Origin: an uncultured bacterium
GTDB taxonomy: Bacteria > Oederibacteriota > Oederibacteriia > Oederibacteriales > Oederibacteriaceae
NCBI GenBank assembly: GCA_965112635.1
Contig: OZ218778.1
Location: 2,812,007 to 2,876,006 of the forward strand
Direction of reading: 5' to 3'
DNA: 64,000 nt
The notes under the pieces are model-generated. The model worked only from the letters and a program-made list of their open reading frames with translations, was not told where the DNA came from and made no database searches. Shown piece after piece: positions 50,700 through 59,696 of this stretch. The translations under genes and the position numbers were made by a program. Numbering within the stretch: position 1 is the first letter of the stretch; the number at the start of each line of letters is the position of its first letter.

Positions 50700-51605
50700 A
50701 TGAACGGACTTTACGAAAAAGTAAAATCATTTTTTTCGGAAAAACCTGAATGGCTTTGGTTCCTGCTCATCCTGGGACTGCTCTTTCTTTTATATCGTGC
50801 GGTCACCAAATGGATGGTAAAGACCCTGGCAGACAGGAAAATAGCCCACTCGCACAGCGTTATCGTCGTATGGCGTATCCTGTTCAGCCTCCTCGTGGCC
50901 CTGGTGATGCTGTCCATGGTCGGACAGCTGGGTAACTTTGGCATCTCCGCGGCGTTTTTAGGCATGCTGCTCGGCTGGGGTCTACAGGCCCCGGTCACGG
51001 GGTTGGCCGCCTGGCTCCTGGTCATCTGGCTCCAGCCTTTTAAGGTCGGCGACAGGGTGGTCCTCGCGGGCATCATAGGCGACGTCAGGCATATCGGTCT
51101 CATGTATATAACGCTGGAACAGGTCGGCGGGACCATCGGCGGCGAGGAAACATCAGGCCGCGCCATCCTCCTGCCCACCGCGGTTTTGTTCGGCCAGGTC
51201 ATTACCAACTACCGTTTGGATAAGGTATTTAGAGCCGAACATGTAGAAGAACAATTATTAAAGAAAAAAGAAGAATCAGATGGTTTCATCCTGGATGAGG
51301 TCCCTATCAGGATAACTTTTGAAACGGATTGGGACGCGGCCAAAAAGATCATGACCGAATGCGCAGCCGAGGTTACGCGGGATATCATCGCTAAAACCGG
51401 AAAAAAACCCTTTATCAGGGCGGAGTTCCTGGATTGGGGCATCATGATACGTCTCAGATACTGGACAAGGACCGAGGACAGGCAAATGATTTCCAGCAAT
51501 ATAGTTGAAAAGATCTTCAAGGCATTTCACGGTCGCAAAGATGTTGAATTTGCCTATCCGCATTCTGAAATCATCTACAGCCCCAAAGACCAGCCCAAAG
51601 CCTGA
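50700..51605 (+). CDS. Small-conductance mechanosensitive channel (MscS family)
   Basis: Three TM helices, PFKVGDRV...GDV..IGL, EFAYPH. Confidence 0.85.
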   Translation: MNGLYEKVKSFFSEKPEWLWFLLILGLLFLLYRAVTKWMVKTLADRKIAHSHSVIVVWRILFSLLVALVMLSMVGQLGNFGISAAFLGMLLGWGLQAPVTGLAAWLLVIWLQPFKVGDRVVLAGIIGDVRHIGLMYITLEQVGGTIGGEETSGRAILLPTAVLFGQVITNYRLDKVFRAEHVEEQLLKKKEESDGFILDEVPIRITFETDWDAAKKIMTECAAEVTRDIIAKTGKKPFIRAEFLDWGIMIRLRYWTRTEDRQMISSNIVEKIFKAFHGRKDVEFAYPHSEIIYSPKDQPKA

Positions 51606-51651
51606 CGAATCGGTTTGTTTAAATCAGTACGGAATTAGGATGAGTATCCTT

Positions 51652-52227
51652 TTACGCTTCCTGGACAATCTTGAATTTCATCAGGGTATCCTTGGCGATC
51701 ATCTGGGCTTTCAATAGGTATTGTGTGATGCTGGCGCATTTTTTGTGCAGCTGGTCCCTGAGTATCTGCTCTGCTTTTTTCCCGGTCTTATTTAGATAAA
51801 ATTCCCGAGCAATATGATAAAGAGGTCCCGGGTCCTGGGGATTTTTCATGAAATAATAGTAGCGGTTCATCCTGACCGCGAACAGGCCCCGGGAATGCTG
51901 GGCCAGGTCGTCGCTCTTGGCCATGAACTGGATGAGTTTGGCCAGATTTTCCTTGAGCCCTTCCTGCACTTCCTCGATGAGTTTTTCCACATCCTTGTTT
52001 TCTTTGAGGACCTTGTCCATCAGGGCCACGGAATAGATGAACATCAGGACGATCTCCATTTCGATGAACGATTTGGCGTCCCAGCCTATCTCGTCTATTT
52101 CCTTGAGCAGGTCGCCGATGTAGTTGGGCCTTTTATCGTCAAAATGGTTCAGCTGGATGACCGAAAAATACACTTTCCCGAATTCTTTGCTGGCGACCTC
52201 GATCACTGGAGCGCTAGAAAGGTCCAC
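51652..52227 (-). CDS. Hypothetical alpha-helical protein
   Basis: 191 aa ORF, GAGGAGG RBS, coupled to the upstream TPR gene. Confidence 0.65.
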   Translation of the reverse strand: MDLSSAPVIEVASKEFGKVYFSVIQLNHFDDKRPNYIGDLLKEIDEIGWDAKSFIEMEIVLMFIYSVALMDKVLKENKDVEKLIEEVQEGLKENLAKLIQFMAKSDDLAQHSRGLFAVRMNRYYYFMKNPQDPGPLYHIAREFYLNKTGKKAEQILRDQLHKKCASITQYLLKAQMIAKDTLMKFKIVQEA

Positions 52228-52708
52228 TCCCCCTCCTCAAAATACTGTTCTTTTTGGCGGTATAAAAAGAACCCAGGCCAAGCTCAAGGGCCTTATCACA
52301 ATACTGGATGGCCTGCTTAAATTCCCCTTGTTCCACAGCCAGGGATATTCCCCTTTCAATATACCTAATTTTATCCTTATATTTCAGAATTTCCTGGTTA
52401 AATTGCTCCTGGGCCTCTGCAATATATTGGGAAGCTTTGTGGACTGCCCCGGAACAGGCATCAAGATCTTTGTTGCAGTAGGAACATTCCGCTAACAGGT
52501 CATAAATAAAGAACTTTACTCCATTGGGAATGGAATGATTCCTAAGGAGATAATTTTCCAGGTATTTTTGCGCCTGCTCCCATCCGGCCAGCTTGGCCTG
52601 TTCATATCCCGCCAGCGCATCTGCCAGCATATCGCCCGGATCCTTATAATTCGGCGCCCGTCTTTCTCCCATTTTCTCCCTTTTTGGTCTTGGAAAATCT
52701 AAATCCAC
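52214..52708 (-). CDS. TPR-like protein
   Basis: GEFKQAIQYCDKALEL TPR pattern. Confidence 0.65.
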   Translation of the reverse strand: MDLDFPRPKREKMGERRAPNYKDPGDMLADALAGYEQAKLAGWEQAQKYLENYLLRNHSIPNGVKFFIYDLLAECSYCNKDLDACSGAVHKASQYIAEAQEQFNQEILKYKDKIRYIERGISLAVEQGEFKQAIQYCDKALELGLGSFYTAKKNSILRRGSGPF

Positions 52709-52840
52709 TCCCTAATTTACAGTAAGTATACCTCACCCTATTCCGCTCTCCTACTCCAATGGATCGCCATTGCAGTATCGGTCAATGACGCCTTGTATGA
52801 CAATATTAAGCCAGTATTCCTCAGTGCGGGCGCTGGGATC

Positions 52841-53215
52841 ATTGTCCGAAAAGGTGCAATCGCTCTTTCTCCTTTTCCTGCATGCGGATTAATTGCACAT
52901 CCAAAACGCCCTGCTTTTGATCCAAATCATGGGGTCAGTCATCAAAATTGTCCTAATGTGTGCAATCGTATTTTCCCCTGACTGTGCCAGTAGATTAATT
53001 GCACACTGGCTTGGTGCCATTTTTGACCCAAATGATGGAATAGGACGCGCAAATTGTCCTAATAGGTGCAATCGCATTTTTCCCTTATCCCGCATAAATA
53101 TTAATTGCACACTCTTTGATTGCTATTCGTGTCCCAAATAACGGATTGACCGCCCCATGTGTCTCAAAAGGTGCATTCTCAATTTTCCCACGTGTTACCA
53201 ACGAATTAATTGCAC
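52841..53215. repeat. Four-unit phased repeat array (period 106/106/105 bp) upstream of wHTH copy B
   Basis: GTGCAAT at 52854, 52960, 53066 and 53171 (GTGCATT); ATTAATTGCAC at 52888, 52994, 53100 and 53205; ATTGTCC at 52841, 52947 and 53053. Confidence 0.9.
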
Positions 53216-53238
53216 ATTCCATTTGACCTAAGAATCAG

Positions 53239-53244
53239 TATAAT
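53239..53244 (+). promoter_or_regulatory. -10 box TATAAT, leaderless start
   Basis: TATAAT 7 nt before ATG 53252, with no RBS. Confidence 0.55.
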
Positions 53245-53251
53245 CCCTGCT

Positions 53252-54235
53252 ATGAAAACAGCCGCTAAAGTTCTCACCGTCCTGATATGGCTCTTTGGCC
53301 TGCTTTTACTGGGCCAAACCCTTCTCAGGATATGGTTGGTTAGGAATATGGGCGCTTGGGATTCGTTCAATGCTTTGACCCATTCTTCTCCGGCCAGGCT
53401 TGGCCTGTCTCCCTGGCCCGCCTATGCCTACTTTTTAGTCCTTGTTCTCTGCGTGGTCAGGGACGAATGGCCCCATTGGCGCCAGACCCTGTCCCCTGTT
53501 TTGCCGGCTCCGGAACCCTCCACGCCGCCGACCCCTCCCCAATACGGAATATTCTCGCGGGACAGCCAGGGAAGGGCCGGGCTGGACTTCTTTATCTCAG
53601 CCAGGGCCCTTATTTTCTGGTCCGCCCTTTATCTATGCCTGGTCCTTTTTGTCCATCCGAATTTCGTCTATATGTGCCTCTACCACCGCACCCCTTATGC
53701 CTATCTAGGCATGATGATCTATGACTGCCTAAGCCTCTCCCTGCTCGTGCTGTTCCTGCGGGTCATGCTTTGGTGGTTCAGGTCGGGTAAAGCCTACGGC
53801 CTGCTCCGCTGGACAGCCCGCGTTCTGGAACTGGCTTTCTGCCGCCCTTTCGCGTTCTTTTCCTGGCCTTTGAGGAAACTGGGCAGGCTCATTAATGAAA
53901 ATGATGAGCCGCTATATATCGTTCAGCCTCCAAAGCCTAAGTCCCTGCCTTCCCGGCAGACCGTGACCGTGGACCCGCGGGAAAAGCCTTTTGACCCTTA
54001 TAGGGGATTTTCCGATCTGGAAAGACTGATCATGCGGACCGCAGAGCAAAAAGGCGTCATCCGGGCCTCGGATTTCAAGGACAGCGGCTGGCACCGCAAC
54101 ACCATAAGCAGGTCCCTGAGGAAACTGGAAAAGGATGGCGATCTCTTTCAGGAAACCGGAGGCACCAAAGGCGCCTCCTACTCCATAGCGATTTATGTGT
54201 TTAATAAGGAGAAGAAACCCACCAATGCTGGTTAG
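53252..54235 (+). CDS. Multi-pass membrane protein with C-terminal winged-helix domain (copy B)
   Basis: About 4 TM segments, Pro-rich linkers, then LERLIMRTAEQKGVIRASDF...RNTISRSLRKLEKDG...KGASY. Same architecture as copy A, with a shared IS..AL.FW..L motif. Confidence 0.7.
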   Translation: MKTAAKVLTVLIWLFGLLLLGQTLLRIWLVRNMGAWDSFNALTHSSPARLGLSPWPAYAYFLVLVLCVVRDEWPHWRQTLSPVLPAPEPSTPPTPPQYGIFSRDSQGRAGLDFFISARALIFWSALYLCLVLFVHPNFVYMCLYHRTPYAYLGMMIYDCLSLSLLVLFLRVMLWWFRSGKAYGLLRWTARVLELAFCRPFAFFSWPLRKLGRLINENDEPLYIVQPPKPKSLPSRQTVTVDPREKPFDPYRGFSDLERLIMRTAEQKGVIRASDFKDSGWHRNTISRSLRKLEKDGDLFQETGGTKGASYSIAIYVFNKEKKPTNAG

Positions 54236-54390
54236 TTGGCATTTCCGGGAAGTTAGTTTGAGGCGCTATCCAAGCCCTTGTCCAAGGGCTTGGGGGTGGT
54301 AAACTTGGGAGAAAAGAAGGTTTGGGGGTAGGTTTTCATCGGTCATACTCCTATCAAAATGCGGGATAGGTTTCAAGAACCATCAAAGAA

Positions 54391-54478
54391 AGACCTGACC
54401 CCGAATCCTCCCAAAATACCATCACAATATATCAATATCAACCTTGTTTTTCAAGTTTCAAGACTTGACCCCGTTTTG
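54391..54478. repeat. Orphan copy of the HUH-element upstream end, plus an extra AGACCTGACCCC box
   Basis: 54419-54478 is nearly identical to 62435-62492 and contains TTCAAGTTTCAAGACTTGACCCC (54450-54472); variant box at 54391-54402. Confidence 0.9.
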
Positions 54479-54625
54479 ACCAGCCAGCTGCCGGTGAGGG
54501 ACTGGCACGAGTTCATCGGCGAACCCACTCTTGCCGATGCTGTCATGGATAGATTGCTGCATCTATCTTACAAATTTGAGCTTAAAGGAGGTTCCATGCG
54601 GAAAAAACAAAAAGATATTTCTTAG
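54479..54625 (+). pseudogene. istB: IS21-family helper ATPase IstB, C-terminal remnant
   Basis: TSQLPVRDWHEFIGEPTLADAVMDRLLH...ELKGGSMRK; begins exactly at the repeat end. Confidence 0.85.
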
Positions 54626-54641
54626 GAATGACTAAAGAGGT

Positions 54642-55205
54642 ATGATTCAGATTGAGCTTTATGCCAGTACTCCAGAGTGGTCGCCATCACCGGAACAGGT
54701 GGTCGCCTTCAAACGGAATCACTGGTCGCTTTCAGCGGAATTTCCAGAGGCAGTTCCTGCTCTGATTAAGCTTCTTAAAGACCCTGATAGTAGTGTCCGT
54801 AAGGGTGCAGTGAATGCTCTTGCAAGCATAGTACCTGCAGCCAAGGAAGTGGTACCCGCTCTGACCGAGGCTCTTAAAGACCCAAATGAGGAAGTCCGCA
54901 GTGATGCTGTGAATGCTCTTGGCAAGATAGGTCGTTCAGCTATGAAATCAGTTTCTTCGTTAATTAAAACACTAAAGGACTCCAATGATGAGGTCCGTAG
55001 AAATTCAGCGGGAGCCCTTGGAGAGATAGGTTCTCAAACTCAAAATGCTATTACTGCTCTCACTGTAGCAGCCTGTAAGGATCCAAACAAAGACGTTCGT
55101 ACCAGTGCATCATATGCGCTTGTGCAAATATTAGGTCAGGATAAAGCAGACAAGGCAATTGAAAAGTATAAGAAACAGCATCTTTATGAACTGCCAGGGG
55201 AATAA
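54642..55205 (+). CDS. HEAT-repeat (PBS lyase-like) protein
   Basis: Four repeats of AVPALxxxLKDxxxxVRxxAxxAL. Confidence 0.85.
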   Translation: MIQIELYASTPEWSPSPEQVVAFKRNHWSLSAEFPEAVPALIKLLKDPDSSVRKGAVNALASIVPAAKEVVPALTEALKDPNEEVRSDAVNALGKIGRSAMKSVSSLIKTLKDSNDEVRRNSAGALGEIGSQTQNAITALTVAACKDPNKDVRTSASYALVQILGQDKADKAIEKYKKQHLYELPGE

Positions 55206-55245
55206 TTAGGGAGATTATTGAATGGCCAAACTCAATGGGGGTTAA

Positions 55246-55842
55246 GTGAAAATAGCTGTGATTGGATGGGGTTCGTTAATCTGGTGTCCTGGAGAACTAA
55301 GAATCTCGTCCCGTTGGCATAAAGATGGTCCTCTATTACCCATAGAATTTACAAGGGTTTCTACGGATGGTAGGCTGACACTTGTGATTACTCCGGGTGT
55401 TAAAAAAATTCAAACTCTCTGGGCATTGAGTGAGTTTGGAAATTTTAATGATGTCAGGGGAAACCTTCAAAAGCGTGAGGAAACTATAGCAGAAAATATT
55501 AATTTTGCTTTCTTAAATCAAAACTATTCCGATTTGATACAGCTAGATATTAAAAATTGGCTACAAGATAATAAAAAAACATATTCTCTTGTGGCTGCAG
55601 TATGGACAAATCTTCCTCCTAAAAAACCTAAAAATCTAAATAATAATAAATTTCCAATGACTGAAAGTGATGCTATTAAATACGTCAGTGAATTACAAAA
55701 AGATAACGATAGTGTTAGGCAGCAGATTAAAAGATATGTTAGGAATACCCCTGAGCAGATTGAAACGGCAATTCGCAGGAGGTTTCGTGAGAATTTTGGA
55801 TGGGAAAATAATAAATTAAGCCCATCCTTTTTTGAACAATAA
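55246..55842 (+). CDS. Gamma-glutamylcyclotransferase/ChaC-like fold protein
   Basis: N-terminal IGWGSLIW motif and IEFTRVS.DGRLTLV. Confidence 0.55.
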   Translation: MKIAVIGWGSLIWCPGELRISSRWHKDGPLLPIEFTRVSTDGRLTLVITPGVKKIQTLWALSEFGNFNDVRGNLQKREETIAENINFAFLNQNYSDLIQLDIKNWLQDNKKTYSLVAAVWTNLPPKKPKNLNNNKFPMTESDAIKYVSELQKDNDSVRQQIKRYVRNTPEQIETAIRRRFRENFGWENNKLSPSFFEQ

Positions 55843-55846
55843 AATG

Positions 55847-57281
55847 GATTATGTCAAGTTTTCGGGTGTAAGTTGTTAAGTCCACGGGTAGTAGGTTAAG
55901 CAACATTTAGCAAGCCTTCCTGAACCAGATCACCTCCTTGAGATTTCCAGAGTTTTCTTTTAGACCAATTATCTTCCTGAGTGGTAGAAACAGACCAGAC
56001 GATCTTAGCGACCTCCAATTCGGAGTGCATGGTGCCGGCAGCACGGGTGCGCCGTTTGATCTCGGCGATAAAGCGTTCGATGAGATTGCTGGAGCGGAGA
56101 GTGCGCCAGACATGCTGGGGTTCGTTCATGAAGGTGGTGAGGTTGTCGAACCTATCGAGAGCCATAGCCGTAGCTCTAGGATAGAGTTTCATCCAGCGAG
56201 CTTGGAGGCGGCCAAAGGCCTGGAGAGCCAGTTTGCGGGAATCGGCCCAATAGATAGCTTTGAAATCGTTAAGGAAGGCACCCCAGTCACGGCGAGGCAT
56301 AATGGCTCTGAGGTTTCGGATCTTGTGGACCAGGCAGAGCTGGTGAGGGACAGCCAGGAGGTTTTTGACGGCCTGCTCAATGGCCTTGTGTTCATCGGAG
56401 ATGACGAGCCTGAGGGTGTTGCGGTTAAGGCCTCTTTTGAGGAGGTCATTGATAAAAGCCTGCCAGGAGTCCAAGGACTCTCTATCGCCGAGAAGGAAAC
56501 CCAGGACATGGCGATTGCCAAAGGAATCCATGCCTAGGGCGAGCAATAGAGCTTGTTTGGAGGTAAAACCAGGTCTTCTGACAGGCAGGTAGGCGGCGTC
56601 CAGGAGCAGGTAGGTGATGTTGGGAGGAATGGGACGATTCATCCACTGACGGATGGCTGGCTCCAAGGCGTTGGTGAGAGTGGAGACGGTGGAGTGAGAG
56701 AGCTTTGTGCCCAAAGCGGCATTTATCTCAGCGGCGGTAGAGCGAGTGGCAGCGCCTTTGAGCCAGAAGCGGATGGCGAGGAAGGAAGCCAGGCCTTTTC
56801 CAGCTTGTTTGAGGGCGGTAAGCAAGGGCGAGTGAAGGGACCCCTGGCGTAGAGCTGGTTTGTGCAGAAAAAGTCTGCCAAAAAAGCCGGGGACAGAGGT
56901 GGATTTAAAACCGTTTCTTTTAGGGCTGTTTTCAAGGCGTTCATAAGGCTGACGGCCCAAAAACTCGTCCCTTTCAGCCTCCAGTTGAATATCTAAAGCC
57001 TGGGCAATGATGGCATTGACCTCCTGGCCAATTACTTCCAGAGCGACACCGGGCTGAGCGATCTTCCTGACTTTTTCTCTGATTTTCTGGTTCGTATAAA
57101 TCTCAATTCTTTGGGATAATGACTTCACGGGTGTAGACCTCCTTTTAGTTTGGGTTTGGTGACCTAGACAATCACCTAGTCTACGCCCGTGGACTTATTT
57201 TTGGGGCCGCAAGGTTAGATTGCTGCAATCTAACCTTGCCTTTCCCCTCGTTGAAGTTACACCCAGGAATGGTACACAACC
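55847..57281 (-). mobile_element. IS256-family insertion sequence
   Basis: Imperfect 28-bp terminal IRs sharing GGGTGTAA (55847-55874 and 57254-57281); no target-site duplication visible. Confidence 0.8.
55896..57128 (-). CDS. IS256-family (Mutator) transposase
   Basis: RNG, LDA.Y, L..RGL...LVISDEH, QLCLVHKIRN, RSSNLIER...EIKRR. Confidence 0.92.
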   Translation of the reverse strand: MKSLSQRIEIYTNQKIREKVRKIAQPGVALEVIGQEVNAIIAQALDIQLEAERDEFLGRQPYERLENSPKRNGFKSTSVPGFFGRLFLHKPALRQGSLHSPLLTALKQAGKGLASFLAIRFWLKGAATRSTAAEINAALGTKLSHSTVSTLTNALEPAIRQWMNRPIPPNITYLLLDAAYLPVRRPGFTSKQALLLALGMDSFGNRHVLGFLLGDRESLDSWQAFINDLLKRGLNRNTLRLVISDEHKAIEQAVKNLLAVPHQLCLVHKIRNLRAIMPRRDWGAFLNDFKAIYWADSRKLALQAFGRLQARWMKLYPRATAMALDRFDNLTTFMNEPQHVWRTLRSSNLIERFIAEIKRRTRAAGTMHSELEVAKIVWSVSTTQEDNWSKRKLWKSQGGDLVQEGLLNVA

Positions 57282-57737
57282 TTATATAAGGGGCAGAGGT
57301 TGGAAGATTTTTGTGAGGCACCGATAGATGGTTTTATAGATGATGGTATTGAATTTTTGCATACTAGCTGTTCAAGAGGAGGTGCCCCAACCCTATGTTT
57401 TGATGGTGAAAAAAGAAGAACAGATGGAAAATGCTGGAGGGTGGTAGGAAAAAATAATATTGAAAAGGCTAAAAAATATTTGATAGACAGAGAATACAAC
57501 ATTAAAAAGGATCTAAAGGTTACTCTTTCAAATAAGAAATCAGTGACGGCGTGGTGTGGTAACACTTCACCAGATTTAAAAGGGAAAATTGCCCATGAGA
57601 TAGCGGTCCTGGCATTAGAAAGTGAGAAACGAGCCTGTCCCGGAAGAGGTGGTGTGTCCTATATTAAAAAATCTAAAGAAATAGGTGTTTCTACCCCAAT
57701 GATGAATGATATACTAAAAGAAATTAGTAAAATCTAG
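57282..57737 (+). pseudogene. Second GGCT-like gene, 5'-truncated at the IS256 end
   Basis: IEFLHTSCSRGGAPTL aligns with IEFTRVS of 55246..55842; the N-terminal GSL motif is missing; the open frame begins next to the IS end. Confidence 0.45.
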
Positions 57738-57754
57738 AATTAAGGGGGTAAATT

Positions 57755-57988
57755 ATGGCTACTTTAGTTTGTTCGCAATGTGGAAAAACAAAAGGTTTTT
57801 TTGGACAGTTTTGGCAATGTACTTCTGAAAAATGCTTTTTAGTATTTTGTCCAAAATGTGCGGGTACAACAGGTTTAAAAAGTATATTTGCGGCTGCTGC
57901 GTCAGGCCAAGGAGGAAACATAGATAAAGGCTTTGTCCATCCTACGGCTGCATGTCCTAAATGTAATTCTCCAATAAAATGTATTTAA
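57755..57988 (+). CDS. Small Cys-rich RING-like zinc-finger protein
   Basis: CxxC-x12-Cx4C-x4-CPKC-x31-CPKC; AAGGGGG RBS. Confidence 0.65.
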   Translation: MATLVCSQCGKTKGFFGQFWQCTSEKCFLVFCPKCAGTTGLKSIFAAAASGQGGNIDKGFVHPTAACPKCNSPIKCI

Positions 57989-58030
57989 AAAAGAGACAAA
58001 AACATCAGCCACACACGCATAAGTAAATAA

Positions 58031-58348
58031 CACTGTACCGCTTACCAAATAACCCTGTACGGCTAAGTAATAAAAATCAAGGGAAAATTGTAACTAAAAT
58101 TATAAAACCTATTGATTTATAAGGAGTTATACAAATCAATATTTTTTTATCCTCGCTCGCCTAAACAAGGAACATCGACCTTCTAAACAAGGCTATTTGC
58201 CCTAATAAAAATTTAATAAGGCGCTACTAAAAATAATAACCCTCGCACGGCTAAACAAGAGTCCTCGCCCTTCTAAACAAGTCAACTCGCTCGCCTAAAC
58301 AAGGGTCTTCATCCCGCTAAACAAGGTTCCTCGACCTTCTAATCAAGG
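58031..58348 (+). repeat. Iteron-like direct repeats with 22-bp period (core CTAAACAAG)
   Basis: Cores at 58161, 58183, 58251, 58273, 58295, 58317 and 58339 (CTAATCAAG), plus a degenerate pair at 58041/58063. Confidence 0.85.
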
Positions 58349-58530
58349 TGCAATTATTTCAGCCTTATTTTATAAGGATTTTTTAACCATTTTTTCCAAG
58401 TAATAAGACCTTTATAATAGGATCTTGTAATTAGTACCACTTAAATAGTATCTTTCAATTGTCTCAAAAAGAAGGAAGTTTAATAACCGCTAGGGGAAAA
58501 CACTAATAACAAATGATTCTAAAGGAGTTA

Positions 58531-58558
58531 CAGTCCGGTAATATATCTTATGTTAACT
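58531..58558 (+). other. dif-like XerC/XerD recombination site
   Basis: CAGTCCGGTAA-TATATC-TTATGTTAACT: 11-6-11 layout; the right arm is 10/11 identical to the XerD arm TTATGTTAAAT. Confidence 0.75.
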
Positions 58559-58813
58559 AAGCGTTGATTTTAAAAGAGTTACAGTATTTCAGACCTTCTT
58601 TCGGTTTTTTATTCCCCTAGAGCGACTGACTAAAAATCTCTTGCTCTACCACAGACCTAATAAAAATTATGCTTAATTACCAATACTTTCTACGCCATAC
58701 TAATTTTAACTGATACCAACTGTCTAAAACTTATTTTAATTTTTTTTCCCTATTCAAAAAGGTTTTATGTATAATTATGAAAAATCTCTGAAGAAAATCC
58801 GAAGGAACTCCAA

Positions 58814-59470
58814 ATGAACAAATCAACGATTTTCCCTGATTTAGGAAAGCATAAAATAACTAGATTAGTTTTATCAGGGTGTGTTGCAAAGGGTAAAAAT
58901 GAAATACACAAATATTGGAATAAAAACTACAGGATTAAAAACCAAAATATTATTAACTTTGAAGGCAATTATCAAATATTAAATAAGCAGTATTTTAGAA
59001 GGCTCTGTTTTTATTCCTGTTGTAAGAAACATGTTCAATTTATTATAGATATTTCCAATTTACCATTATCTGAAATGCCAAGGAGTGGACAGTTATCAGA
59101 TAAAATATTTCTTGATTTTTGTAAATGGAGTCTTACTAATAATAATATCTGTAAAGCGTATTTTTCCCTTGATGTAATTTTTAAATTTCCCTATTCTCGG
59201 AAAATGGACCTTCCCTTTGATCCATTTCCGAAAACCGGTTCATTCCTCACGGGGATGAGATTTGGTTTTGATAAAAAAGATTTTATAAATGATATGACAA
59301 TTGAAAAAGTTGAAAAAAATATTTGTGTGGTTATAAAAACAAAACCTTTTCTTGGATTGGATCCAAATAAGTTTAATAACTTATTTTTTAGCGAAATTAT
59401 TAATACTTCCACAAATATAGTTCATTCAATGATTTATAAGGAGAAAAGGAAAAATGGTATTAACTTATGA
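58814..59470 (+). CDS. Hypothetical protein (very AT-rich)
   Basis: 218 aa ORF preceded by TATAAT and GAAGGA. Confidence 0.55.
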   Translation: MNKSTIFPDLGKHKITRLVLSGCVAKGKNEIHKYWNKNYRIKNQNIINFEGNYQILNKQYFRRLCFYSCCKKHVQFIIDISNLPLSEMPRSGQLSDKIFLDFCKWSLTNNNICKAYFSLDVIFKFPYSRKMDLPFDPFPKTGSFLTGMRFGFDKKDFINDMTIEKVEKNICVVIKTKPFLGLDPNKFNNLFFSEIINTSTNIVHSMIYKEKRKNGINL

Positions 59471-59696
59471 TTTGCCAAAATCAGATTTAATAAGGTTCGA
59501 GCAGGATGTTTCTCACACCAAAAATTTCTTAGGGTCTCAAATAATTCAGGCCTATGATTCAAATAAACACTGTTCAAGATGGGTTCCAGGGTTTTTAAAA
59601 ACCAAATCTCATATCACACCAGCTTTTCCGTCCCCCAGGAAAACAAATAACTGGATACTTGCTCATACAAGGGTAAAATTTGGGGTCAAGTCTTGA
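59454..59696 (+). pseudogene. Hypothetical ORF ending inside the HUH-element repeat (probably truncated)
   Basis: AAGGA RBS; last codons and stop are supplied by GGGGTCAAGTCTTGA. Confidence 0.4.

Noticed and set aside
52841-53215. 106-bp array as a CRISPR array or as repeat-protein ORFs (52793..52981, 52893..53141)
   Set aside because: Conservation is in several short boxes spread across the unit rather than repeat plus spacer; no cas genes in the window; the period is not a multiple of 3.
58151-58348. 22-bp repeats as a CRISPR array
   Set aside because: Units are contiguous with no room for 25-45 bp spacers.
54479-59676. Cargo as classical integron cassettes
   Set aside because: No IntI tyrosine recombinase and no clear attC (RYYYAAC...GTTRRRY) palindromes after the ORFs.
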